Assembly (NCBI GenBank): GCA_951406725.2
Contig: OX597815.1
Span: forward strand, 73,780,001-73,844,000
Direction of reading: 5' to 3'
DNA: 64,000 nucleotides
Source: Octopus vulgaris
Lineage: Eukaryota
This document shows positions 12,451 through 24,659 of the stretch, piece by piece. Made by a program: the position numbers and the translations under genes. How positions within the stretch are numbered: position 1 is the stretch's first letter; each line of letters opens with the position of its first letter. The notes beneath the pieces were generated by a model that ran no database searches, had not been told where the DNA came from, and saw only the letters and a program-made list of their open reading frames with translations.

Positions 12451-13429
12451 CTGAGATTCTATGAGGCCCGCTGACAGTTAGCTAGAACATCAGGCAAAGA
12501 CAGCTGTGACTATGTGGTCACTGCGTGCGTTACCCTGAACTGGAAGCATCCAAATTAGTCTTGTGAAGGTGATGTAAGGAGAGGAAAACGTTGTAACACA
12601 TAGGCAACTTCAACGCAGACACTGGCCTGGAATGTATCCAGGATCTCAAGGCAGTGATATTGGACAGAAGTATGGCAGGTGGACTTTGTTGCTGCGGACC
12701 AAGACTGGAACCAGGCTATTAAGTAAGTGGCAACTGGTTTATGTAAATTAAGACCATGTCCACACAACATTGGGCCTATGTGATACATGCCTAGGAATAG
12801 CCCTCCTCCAAATTCTGTATGTCTTAGTCAAAGGACCATCTTTTCCTAATTGACCCATATCTGGAGTCCTTGAAAGATACTACTACTCCGAACCAGTGCG
12901 GATCTGGAAGTACTTATGACTAAGGAGTAACACTAGACTCCCCACTTGATGTTGTCTAATATCTTGCTCATGACAGCTTTTGCTAAATCATGTCATTATT
13001 TCCTTGAATAAAGGTTGCGAGTTGGCAGAATCGTTAACGTATCGGACAAAATGCTTAGCAACATTCCTTCTGGCTCTTTACGTTCTGAGTTCAAATCCCA
13101 CCTAGAACATTTTACTTTTTATTCTTTTGGGGTGGATAAAATAAAGTTCGGTGGTCGATGTAATCGACTTAACCTCTCCCTCAAATTGCTGGCCTTGTGC
13201 ATGAATTAAAAAGAATTATTTCGTTGAATCGAACGTATCCATATTGATAATCTCAGATAACCTTTGAAGTACATTTTTATTGCGCATGCGAACTCTCAGC
13301 TTTATTTGTATAGTATCATCCCAAATATATGAGCCAGCCGGAGATTCTCTACGTGGTCGCTTGACCAGCTAAAAATAGCAATCAAATCTTCCCTAATGCT
13401 CTTTTATACACTGCTTATCTGTTAACCTA

Positions 13430-14560
13430 ATAAAAACCTTATCAATGTATGACCTGGATGAACCACTACGATTTGACCAAGAGCATATTGGTGTGTTTGG
13501 GAAATCGAGACGAAACCTGTCTTACGTTGGAAATGCTCGAGAAGGTTGGCGAGGCTTTTGCATCCCACACCCGCTATCTGTTACTCCCAAATTATCTTTG
13601 CCTGTATCTAAGATTCCATTCCAGTCGCCCATTAACACTAATGAGCGAGATGTTTCTAAGAAATTCTCCAGACGTTTAAAGAAATCTGGTCGCCCGGCTC
13701 CTGTTGGAGCATTGACTGTCACTAGTCTGAAGGCTCCACTATTGCCTTCCTTGCTGCTTACATCCAAGATCACCATCCTTCCGACCAGGTCAAGGAAAAC
13801 TGTACTCACCTTCACGTCACCGCGAAGCTATTTGATCCAAGCCGATCGGAGGTGGCATAAACCTCATAGTCGTCCAAAAGTAGAGCAAGCGATTGTGTTT
13901 CGGATATAGTGGTTTCACTAATGGCTACTGTATCTAGGCGTAGTGGCCTGAGGACGTTGAGCAGGTGACCCTGTTTCCACATTCCCCTCAGGCCACGAGC
14001 ATTTACACAACCTGTTCTTAGAACTGCCATTCAAAGAGAAAGGAAAGAACCAAGGAATGAGTCATTCGCTTACCGAAGTCTTGGATTGGTCCTTTTTCGA
14101 GGCCTTTAAACAGGCCTTCCAATAACCTTTTGTCCAATAAGTTATTAAAAACTCCTACATGATGTGGGAAACTTTTTCTCAAAATACGATACGTAGTGAG
14201 AGTTGTTCTTATCAGAACTCTCCTTACTGGGGATTCGGAAATGGTGAGAGCACCAAAACCGTCGCCTATTGCCAAAATTTTGTCTTTATTTGAATCTACA
14301 AACTTCATCAGTTCCTCGTTCTTCTTCCGTTGAACTGAGTAATCGAGAGGCTCGCCCGAGAGATGTTGTTCTGTTAGTTCCGTCTCTTGTGACTAATGTG
14401 GTTGTTGTCATTTTGCTTGTTCTCCTAGAGACATGCTTTACCAAAAACTGAGGGGATACCTCACTCGCAGTGGTTTTTCAGTATGTCGTACACCAACCTG
14501 GAATTTCTGAGGGCCCATGTTATTGCTAGATAGTCGTTGAACCTGCATTAGGTTTATCTG
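13430..14560 (-). mobile_element. Tx1/L1-clade LINE fragment (APE endonuclease start of ORF2 plus end of ORF1)
   Basis: CVNARGLRG, AISET, GRMVILDV, VNAPT and LMGDWNGILD are AP-endonuclease motifs; frameshifted. Confidence 0.8.
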
Positions 14561-15000
14561 TCCTTTTGACAAGTCTTTTTTTTTTTTTTTATCTCCGCTG
14601 GGTTTCTAACAACCCTGCTCACCAGGTAAGCCTGGCAAGCGTACCGTACTGTTTAAGTCACCGACGACTCGATCATGCAACAAGTTGTATTGGATTCCAT
14701 GTTATCAGTAGCAGTCATGAGAAATACATACATACATACATACATACATACATACATACATACATACATACATACATACATACATACATACATACATACA
14801 TACATTTTTATATGTTAAGATAATTGTAAATCGACATGAATCAACTATGTAACACTTAACAAGCAAACAAAAGACTCACTCATACGCACACAAGCACGAT
14901 TAAACTAATTAATATGGAAACAAACAAATAATGAAAAACAAGATTATTAAATCAAGTCTCAAGGGTTCAATCATTAGCGAACTATTAAGTATCAGTCACA

Positions 15001-15067
<67 letters not shown>

Positions 15068-15068
15068 G

Positions 15069-15237
15069 TGAGAGAGAGAGAGAGAGAGAGAGAGAAAAGA
15101 AGAGATAGGGAAAGAGAGAGAGAGAGAAAAGAAGAGATAGGGAAAGAGAGAGAGAGAGAGAAAAGAAGAGATAGGGAAAGAGAGAGAGAGAGAAAAGAAG
15201 AGATAGGGAAAGAGAGAGAGAGAGAAAAGAAGAGATA

Positions 15238-15300
<63 letters not shown>
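15069..15300. repeat. ~30-bp purine minisatellite (GA)n-AAAGAAGAGATAGGGAAA x5 beside (AAT)n
   Basis: Direct inspection. Confidence 0.9.
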
Positions 15301-15303
<3 letters not shown>

Positions 15304-16310
15304 ATGTCAACTTATTGTGGAGACAACATCCTCGAATTATATAAATGTAATCTAATATATACAATGATTATTTGTATCAACTATATCGTTGTTATTCGTG
15401 TCTGCATGTGTGTATATGAAGGAAATGAAAACTCTCGAGAGATCACCAGGCTTATTCAATACCGGAAAAAGCCCGCTGGGAGGAGGTGATAGGGCATCAT
15501 AAAATTCTTTTTCTCATCGAATAATAATTTCTCGTAATTCTATTCGGTTATAAATCTAACCTTACAACTGATTTTTTTCCCCTTTGTATTTGACTTCCGG
15601 TGTCTATCTTTATCGCTCGACACGCTCTCAACTTTCTCGTTGCTTTATTATGGGGAAGAAGACAAGCAGTTTTTCACTGGTCGGTGGCTATGGTGAGAGA
15701 AGCTGTGCAGTGGACAACAGTGGGTGATCTTTCGAAATTTGTACAATTAAGAAGGCTGATGAAGTGAAACAAAGTACACTAAATCAAAGTGAAAGGTGAA
15801 TAAATGATCGTTAATAATCGATAATAAAAGCGGTTGACAATCAGTTTACGGTCATAAAAAAAGCGGAAGTAAATGTCTTAAAACAAGTGAAAATAAATTG
15901 CGATAAAAACCGGAATTGATGAACAGTGACATCGCAGACATCTTCCTAATTATTAGTCACTTAGAAGTATAATACTTTCTAGTGATATATTTAAGTATTT
16001 CAGAAATAGCAGTCGAGAGACACCGTTCAAATGTACTGCACCCAGCAATAAACACCACTGAGAAGGCACCTCAGTGGATTGTATGTCGATACATGATAGC
16101 CATGTAAGCAATGCAATAAACCTGCATAATTAATGAACTCTAGAAAAAGAATCGAAGGGAAGCGGTGACGTCGTTCCTTTGGATTCATTCGGACTATATA
16201 AGCCAATTCCTTCTTTTGAGAAGAACACTTAACTCTACCTATAATTCTTTCTACTATAGGCACAAGGGCTCAATTTTCCTTCGGGACGGGGCGTGACTAA
16301 TCTCCTACAT

Positions 16311-17236
16311 GGATCCCTTTGAACGGCAGATCGAGAAATTAATTTTTTGTAACTAAGCACTTTCAAACTTCGGACACTGGTAGAATGTGTCATATAAAAC
16401 ATCTTTTACTCTTAGTGTTGTTGAGAAAAGTTAATATTTTTAAAGTTATTTCGTGTTAAAGAAATCGTATTTCGGTAATTTCAACCAATCAGTGACGTGT
16501 ATTCAGCTGAATAAAATTACTGCCGTTGTTTGTCAACAACAACTTCCGGCAGTGTATATTTCGTTTGTCACTGTTATTTATGTCATCGTTCGTGCGTTTG
16601 TACTGGTTTTAGCTTTAGGGTTTTAGGGTTAGGTTTTTAGGGTTATGGTTTTAGAGATAGGGTTAGGGTTAGGGCTTTAGGGTTAGGGTTTTAGGGTTAA
16701 GGTTTTAGGGTTTTAGGGTTAGGGTTAGGGTTAGGACTGGGATTTTATGGTTAGAGTTACGGAAAAAAGTGAAAAATGAACAAATTGGAGGGTAGGGGTA
16801 GTGGGGGCAAAAAAAGTCTTTCCAAAAATAGTTGCTGAAAAACAGAAAAAAAACAACTTAAAGCAGTAGAAATGCACGAACGATTGTGGTGGTGTCATGA
16901 AGTAAACATGCTTCAGATACACTCGTTTATTCATACAAACGTAACTGAGATGAAATATGTAATAAATAACAATGACAAACGAAATATACACCGCCGGAAG
17001 TTATTGTTGACAAACAACAACAGTAATTTTATTCAGCTGAATGCACGTCATTGATTGGTTGAAATTACCGAAACACGACTACTTTAACACGAAATAACTT
17101 TGAAAATACAAACTTTTCTCAACAACACTAAGAGTAAAAGATGTTTTATATGACACATTCTACCAGTGTCCGAAGTTTGAAAGTGTTTAGTTACAAAAAT
17201 TAATTTCTCGATCTGCCGTTCAAAGGGTAAAGATCC
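16311..17236. mobile_element. Foldback DNA element with ~280-bp TIRs and central TTAGGG-like array (possibly Merlin-like)
   Basis: GGATC...GATCC termini; arms ~16311-16590 and ~16960-17236 are reverse complements; inserted in a family-B SINE; degenerate 8-bp TSD tcctacat/gattacat. Confidence 0.8.
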
Positions 17237-18111
17237 GATTACATCAATCCCAAGTACTTCACTGATACTTACTTTATCGACCCCGAAAAAGATGGAAATC
17301 AAAGTCGACTTCGGTGGAATATGAACACAGAACATAAAGACGGGCAAAATGCCGCTAAGCATTTTGTCCGGCGTACTTACAATTCTGGTAGCCTTATTTA
17401 ATTAACTCTGCCAGTAATAATAGTTAAACTGATATGCACGTGATTAAGAAACATTTCGCAGAATGAAATGATTTTTGAACTGCATATGGGTTTTCACTGT
17501 CGTCACTTCCAGTTTCTAACACATTTTACTTTCACTTTTTTACGACTATAAAAAAACAAAACAAAATGCATTGCGTACAATAGCCTGTTATCTATTATTG
17601 TTATTTTTTTTAGGAAACTGAAATGTAGATATACCGGATAGTAGTATCTGAAGGATTAGATGTGTGTGTTTGTATGGAGAAAGTTCAAAATTTTGGAAAA
17701 CGGATGGAAATCTCATTCGCTCTAGAATTTGAACGAAACCGTATCGAACATGAACAGATAAAGAGAGATATTTGTTGAAGGCTTGAATTTGTCTGTGTAT
17801 GTTAGCATACAGCCCGGTTTAGCATGTAACGAATGGGGATGTGTCTGTCTTAAGAAAGAAAGGCCTAAGAAGTCATTAGAGAAGCCACACACGGCCAAGG
17901 TAGTTTTTAACTATGCATTATACGGCATCTACACTTGCAGAGAGTGTAGAAAAGCATGTGTTCTAGGAGATGGACAGACCACCTTATGAAGGTTCACCCA
18001 TACAATATAGTAACACCTATGCTGCAAAAGGCGCTTATCGTTGTCACACCTGTCTAAAAGAGCATAAGTCCCTAGCAGAATTAGAAAGCCACTGAAATTG
18101 AGTTGCAGCCG

Positions 18112-18191
<80 letters not shown>

Positions 18192-18199
18192 ACACACAC

Positions 18200-18415
18200 A
18201 TTCATCATGTTGAACTGTTAATCCCTTCATATTTTTTCTCTCACTGTTATTTTTCGTTCTCTTTCATTTTTTTCCCTCAGTCCTTTCTGTCGAAGAGCAT
18301 ATGCTCGAAACATCAAAGACTTTTTCATTCATCCCTAGCGTCAAACTAATACACCTACTTGTTTGTTCCTTCACCTGTCTTCGTCTTTTGTTTTCTGAAA
18401 ATTTGAACTATATGC
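18200..18415 (+). mobile_element. Penelope-like terminal (pLTR) fragment
   Basis: Reverse complement of 46230-46400, which is attached to a GIY-YIG ORF; carries a hammerhead motif. Confidence 0.7.
18279..18321 (+). ncRNA. Minimal type I hammerhead-like motif, variant core CUGUCGA
   Basis: agtc(c)ttt-CTGTCGA-A-gagc atat gctc-GAAA-caTC-aaagact: stems I and II pair. Confidence 0.55.
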
Positions 18416-18661
18416 ATATAGTTATATGTATTCGTGTGTGTGTGTTTGTCCCCCTACCCACCATCGCTTGCCAAGCAATGCTGGAGTTTTTACGTCCCCG
18501 TAACTTAGTGGATCGGCAAAAGAGACCGATAGAATAAATACGAGGCTTACAAAGAATAAATCCTGGAGTCGATTAGTTCGCCTAAAGGCGGTGCTCCAGC
18601 ATGGCCGCAGTCAAATGACTAAAACAAGCAAAAGAGTTAAAGAATATATATATATATATAT

Positions 18662-18958
18662 ATCACATTACATGACCGACCAGGCCATCAGATGTTGTTA
18701 CACATCGCTGGTCACAATGCGCTTCGCATTGTTTTAGCCTTCGATGACGCCACTCCGCTGGCTAAGCGAGCAGGCTAACAGAAGAAAGAGTGAGAGAAAG
18801 TTGTGGTGAAAGAGTACAGCAGGGGTCACCACTACACCCTACCGGAGCATCGTGGAGCTTTTAGGTGTTTTCGTTCAATAAACACTCACTGGGAACCGAA
18901 ACCGCGATCCTACGACCACGAGTCCGCTGCCCTAACCACTGGGCCATTGCGCCTCCAC
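18662..18958 (-). mobile_element. tRNA-derived SINE family C (alternative tail)
   Basis: Reverse complement of the head ggaggcgcaatggcccagtggttagggcagcggactc seen at 20754. Confidence 0.8.
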
Positions 18959-19007
18959 ACACAGACAGACACACAGACACACACACACACACACACATAT
19001 ATATGTA

Positions 19008-19368
19008 CTAGCACTATGACCCGGCGTTGCCGGGTCATAGTGCTATTGCATGCATATACAGCTGCATGCGTGCGCACATACACGCAAGTACTGTCCAAAT
19101 CTCCGACCAATCACATACAGCTACCAGGCATTCAATTGGTGTATCAAGTTTCGGGCATTTTGATTGGGTTTTGGATAGAAAATTCACAAAAATGTCACTT
19201 CTGATTTTTTAATGGCTTTGCAGGGTGACTGGGGAAATCTAAAGATGTACACGACCACCCTTGGACGGTTTTGAATGACCATAGAAAGTGCGAGCCCTCT
19301 AACTGGAAAATTGTGAATTTGTATAAAGGACACGCACATAGACATTTTGCCGTTTATATATATAGAGA
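19008..19368 (-). mobile_element. Non-autonomous Helitron
   Basis: Minus strand starts TC(TCTATATATATAAA) and ends CTAG, with a perfect 15-bp subterminal hairpin gcactatgacccggc-gtt-gccgggtcatagtgc; inserted between A and T. Confidence 0.8.
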
Positions 19369-19399
19369 TATATAATCTCCACAAAATACTCTTTATTGA

Positions 19400-19740
19400 C
19401 CGTCTGGCCAGAGGGAATTCAGCGGATGTACATGATATCCTTGTTGCCGAGAAAGTGGGTCATCATAAGCTTCCCGGTGGACTTGTGTTGTGTGGCCTCT
19501 TGTGCCAGCAAAAGAAAAAAAATCGACTTATACAAGTTAATCCATAGGGAATCTGAAGTATTTCATATGTTTCTGTAGCGTTTTTGCGCAATTTCACACA
19601 AAATTTCATTGCATAGCAAGTTTCCAAATAGTCTTCACGTCTCGATTGCATTCTGCAAGCAGTATTTAGCAGGGTGTGTTCAAAGTGCTGTTACAACCGT
19701 CTCCTTCAATCTGGAATAAAAAGTCGGCAGGTCACCTTAT
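19400..19740 (-). mobile_element. Mariner N-terminal fragment
   Basis: CYAMKFCVKLRKNATETYEIL resembles the mariner HTH1 IKFCVKLGKSATET. Confidence 0.6.
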
Positions 19741-20514
19741 TAGACGTATAGTAAATGCCTTCAGAAATACACAATGATATTCAGAAATTCTTTCGGTGCA
19801 TGAGCTTACAATATACGAGAAAACCACGGACGAAATGATGTATAGAGCGGCAAGAAAAGTAGAATTGTCTAAAACAATGAAAGAGGATGATAGTTTGTGA
19901 TCAGTCTTTCCCCCACCCAACCCATTATTTATCCTACATTATTTATTTTATCTTTCTTGTCCTCTTCTGGTTTTCGCTTTCTCTTTCTTCCTCTTTCTCT
20001 TCCCTTTTCAGCTTTATTATTTCTTCTCTCTCCTCCACCTTTTCTGTTTTTAGCCTTCATTTCTTCTTTTCCTTTTATTTGTGGTGTTATATATTGTTTA
20101 CTTATTTCATTTCTCGTCTATAGCTTTTATCTAAATCTTTTATTATAATTTCATCTTTTAAATAACTATCTTGCAATCCATTTTAATTATTTGCAATTCC
20201 TATTTCTGGATATATTCTGTTCATTTTTATTTGCTTTTACACAGTTTTTTTCTCGATTTAATTATTAATTATTGCTTATTCTACCATTAAAGTTCACCCC
20301 CTCTGGCAAACCACCCCCACAGAAATTAGTCACCCAACCAAATTCAATTGTTTATTCGTTAAACAGTAATGATTACATTGTATCATGTTATATTATATTA
20401 TATTTCATGTACCACAGAATTTTTAATTTAGTATCATTGCAACTGTCCGATGAACGTCAAGTAATAGTATATTGCTTGACGTATTTCATCAGCGGTACCT
20501 CAGAAGGATCCTAA

Positions 20515-21225
20515 GAATCACTTATCGAGACAGAGTCACAAATGAAACCATTCTCCAAGCAGCAAGTGTAAGGCCTCGGCATGCAATTGTAACCGAACGG
20601 TGAATGAGAATGGTTGGGCACATACTAAGATTGTCAGAGGAGAGGCTTGCCAAAACAGCCATGGGCTGGATGCCGCTGGAAGGTAAGAGAAGACATGGCC
20701 GGCCAAGAAAGACATAGCGTAGCACCTTCAAAGATTGAACATCACCTGGGAGTGGAGGCGCAATGGCCCAGTGGTTAGGGCAGCGGACTCGCGGTCATAG
20801 GATCGCGGTTTCGATTCCCAGACCGGGCGTTGTGAGTGTTTATTGAGCGAAAACACCTAAAGCTCCACGAGGCTCCGGCAGGGGATGGTGGTGATCCCTG
20901 CTGTACTCTTTCACCACAACTTTCTCTCACGCTTACTTCCTGTTTCTGTTGTACCTGTATTTCAAAGGGCCGGCCTTGTCACTCTCTGTGTCACGCTGAA
21001 TATCCCCGAGAACTACGTTAAGGGTACACGTGTCTGTGGAGTGCTCAGCCACTTACACATTAATTTCACGAGCAGGCTGATTCGGATCAACCGGAACCCT
21101 CGTCGTTGTAACCGACGGAGTGCTTCCATCACCTGGGAAGAAGCATACTGGTTGGCCAGAGACGGAGATAATTGGCGATTACTGACTGCCCGATGTGCCG
21201 CTCAAAGGCACCAACGGACCCGAGA
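20515..21225 (+). mobile_element. RTE LINE 3' end interrupted by a SINE
   Basis: MVGHILRLSEERLAKTAMGWMPLEGKRRHGRPRKT ... ITWEEAYWLARDGDNWR, a typical RTE C-terminus. Confidence 0.75.
20752..21126 (+). mobile_element. SINE family C, full length with TSD
   Basis: tRNA-like head; perfect 12-bp TSD catcacctggga at 20740-20751 and 21127-21138. Confidence 0.92.
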
Positions 21226-21344
21226 AGAAGAAAAATATTACTCTACCTTTGGTATTCGAGTACTATCTTTTCCACTTTGTTTTGCATTTATGTGCTGACT
21301 TATGTGCGCGCGCGTGTGTGCGATAGAAAGATAGATAGATAAAT

Positions 21345-21399
<55 letters not shown>

Positions 21400-21702
21400 A
21401 TCGTTAGCATGCCGAGCAAGTTGCTTAGCGGTATTTCATCCGTTTCTACGTTCTGAGTTAAAATTCCGCCGTAGTTGATTTTGCCTTTCATTCTTTCCGG
21501 GTCGATAAAATAAGAACAATTTGAGCACTGGTGTCAAATTACTGGCCTTGTGCCAAAATTTGAAACCGATATTAATTATACGCAACAGAAATCCTCTCAA
21601 CAACAACAACATGTACGTATCACTTCCGGTGTAAACATGAATAATGAAAAATCATTTTCCACAATTCAATACAGAGATCCATGAGATGAAAAAAGTAATA
21701 TA

Positions 21703-22964
21703 CGAGGGGCGTTCAGTAAGTAATGCCCCTGACCCACTTCCCATAGCAGTAGAGCAACGACACTTGGCATAGTTATTAGTCTTTTCCTACATAGGAACTA
21801 CCCAGAGTTATGCATTTCTCATATCGTTTGATACAGCTCTGGAGACCGTTTTTGTAGAAGACCCCAGCTTGGTCCTCCAACCACGACGTGACTTCAGAAA
21901 TCAAGGCTGCATCATCTGGGAAACGCTTTCCTTTCAAAATCAACTTCATGGCTGGGAAGAGGTGAAAATCAGAGGGTGCAAGGGGAGGAGTTCATAGCTG
22001 CACGCCTGTGCTTCTGATCTGGCGACACGCGAGTTGTGGACCGGAGCGTTGTCCTGCAGGAGGAGGATGCCTTTGCTGATCTTGCCCCGCCTCTTGATTT
22101 TGATAGCTTCTCTTAATTTCCTCAAAAGTGAAGCATAATAGGCTCCTGTAATTGTGGTACCCTTTGCCAGGAAATCTGTCATCACTACTCCATTCTGGTC
22201 CCAGAAGACTGTGAGCATAACCTTGTCAGCGGAGGACTGCACCCTTGCCTTCTTTGGAGGAGGTGAGTCACGGTGCTTCCACTGCATTGACTGGGCTTTG
22301 GTCTCTGAATCATAGTGATGGACCCAGGTTTCATCCTGTGTAATCAGTCTTTTGAAAAATTTTGACTCATCTTCTTGGCACATCTCCAAATTCATCCTCG
22401 AGCACTCAACGCGTTCTTGCTTCTGGAAAGGTGTGAGCAACCTGGAAATCCATCTGGCAGACACCTTTTGCATATGCAAATGGTCATGAATGATACAGAC
22501 CCGGTACTAATCTTGACCTTATGGGCTATTTGGCGAATAGTTATGCGTTGACCTTCCAAAATGGCAGCCTCAACTTGACGGACAGACGTCTCATCAACGG
22601 CAGAAGGGGCGACCAGATCTGGGGGCTGTTTCCACAGAGTTCCGACTATGTTTGAATTCACAATGCCAGCGTTTTACAAGGTCATATGATGGGGCATCAT
22701 CACCATAAGTTACTTTCATTTCATCAAAAGTCTCCCGTGGTGTGCGTCCTTTCAAATACAAAAACCAGATCACTGCTCGACACTCAACAGGCTCCATTTC
22801 ACACTTGACTCAGTTCAAACACCTGTAAATCAGAAACCACAATTAATTCAGAGCTGTAATTCGCCACTTAATCTATAGAGGTATAAATAAGTGCACATGC
22901 AAAATTTCAGCTAGATCAAACAACTGCAAGTGGGTCAGGGGCATTACTTATTGAACGCCCCTCG
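21703..22964 (-). mobile_element. Near full-length mariner (DD34D) with frameshifted transposase
   Basis: TIRs cgaggggcgttcagtaagtaatgcccctgaccc / gggtcaggggcattacttattgaacgcccctcg with TA TSDs; MEPVECRAVIWFL..., QDETWVHHYD, LQDNAP, LAPSDFHLF. Confidence 0.95.
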
Positions 22965-22996
22965 TATTTATGTACGTATATATGAAATATGTGTGT

Positions 22997-23066
<70 letters not shown>

Positions 23067-23159
23067 GTGAGTGCCACTTACACATACATGCATAAAAATA
23101 CATATATGGCAACACACATCTTAACTCACTCACTCTCTCTCTCTCTCTTTCTCATGCAC

Positions 23160-23214
23160 GCTAGATCAAACAACTGCAAGTGAGTCAGGGGCATTACTTA
23201 TTGAACGCCCCTCG
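23160..23214 (-). mobile_element. Duplicated 55-bp mariner end (second TIR)
   Basis: Copy of 22910-22964 with one mismatch, followed by TA. Confidence 0.9.
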
Positions 23215-24061
23215 TATTTCTGTCTTGCAGAAAACAGAACTGGTTTTCTCGTTCCACCAAAGAATGAGTTCGAGATAATAATAGCAGATAATTTAAATGA
23301 ATTTAAATATCCTTGATCGGAAAGTAGGACATATGGTACTAGTTGTGCAGTTTTTAAAATAGAGGATGGGTGAAAGCTCAAACCCAAATAGAACGCAATG
23401 CACCTGCCCATAAGCTGGGAAGGAGAAACAAGAAAAGTGTTGGGTACATCGGTGAACAAAACTACCACTGCCTAGTAGTAACCTTCGTGGCACAATATGG
23501 GCAGGCGGAAAGTACAAGTGAAATATCTAATGATATGTGGTCGGGCGGAATCATCATGGACATACAAGTCTTCATGACCCTGTAAGACCATAAAATAATG
23601 CGAGAATTACATACAAGTGTGATGACAAAAAGACCTTAAAAATCATTATCCAAGATAGATGACCTTATTGCTAGATATATGAAAACAAAACTTATCAAAA
23701 AATTTCCGTAAAGAAAGTCCAAAAGACTAAAAGAAACAAACCATGGAAATTGTCGGTTCTAGGTTGACATCAGGCACAACTCATGAGCCAGCAAATGGAA
23801 CTGTCACGTCTTCTTTACTAGCAGCAAATCATGAGACCAAAAATTCCACTCCCCCTTTCCCAAATCACAACCCGCAAAGAAAAGGACAGCAACAGCAACG
23901 ATAACAACAGCTAGTACTAAATGACTAGGAAGTACCTGGCTCACAGCAGCAACATTTCACCCACTAGGGATAGATACCAGACGGAAGCCAATGGGACAAA
24001 CAGAGTTCCTAAAACAAATCCTACAAAATCTGGAAAACTGAAGGGCAAAAAGTAAAACAAA

Positions 24062-24471
24062 AGCAAGAACACTCAGAAAGTGCAAACCTTTGCCAAGGCA
24101 ACACCAACGTTCCCTCAACGATTAGCCAGAGATGATTTTTAAAATGAGAATATCTGAAATAAGCTCGACTGCTCTCACAAATGAGAATACTAAAAATGAA
24201 CCTGATCGATCTCAAAAATTAAGTAAAAAAACAAAAAACATACACACACACACAATAAAAAAAAAACAATAAAAAACAGGAAAAATAATCCAGAATCCTT
24301 GTCCGGTACCGGATCAATCCCCAAATCTAATTAGTTCGTGCCAGTCATGAGGCTAAACATCCTTGGAAGTTTCATTTGAATCCATCCAGCGGTTCTTGAG
24401 ATATCTTGTCCATGGTCAAACAAACAAACGACTGAAGCAATAACTTGCCCTCGCTAAAGCGAAGGTAATAA
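24062..24471 (-). mobile_element. Helentron-associated/DINE-1-like non-autonomous element
   Basis: Reverse complement of 54806-55160: ttattacct(t/c)cgc start, (GTTT)n, 3' subTIR plus gcactttctgagtgttcttg hairpin. Confidence 0.7.
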
Positions 24472-24659
24472 AGTCGGATTATGGGCCACCGACGCTGTCG
24501 CCGCCGTCACCGTCTTCGTCTTCTCACAAATATTTGACGATGAGGATAATGATGGTAATGAAAACGGTGAAGGTAGTTAAGATAGTCATGAAGGTGGTGA
24601 CGACGAAGACGACCATGACGATGACGATGATGATGCTGATGGTGACGATGATGATGATT

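Noticed and set aside
15756-15780. CTGATGA...GAAA hammerhead
   Set aside because: Only 3 nt between the core halves; no stem II or stem I
16615-16735. True telomere or chromosome fusion point
   Set aside because: Short, degenerate, single orientation and enclosed in transposon arms
20752-20825. tRNA gene
   Set aside because: The tRNA-like head continues into a SINE body bounded by TSDs; no full cloverleaf or terminator
21946-22479. Active transposase or SETMAR gene
   Set aside because: Split over three frames, deletion in the YSPDL motif, no SET domain
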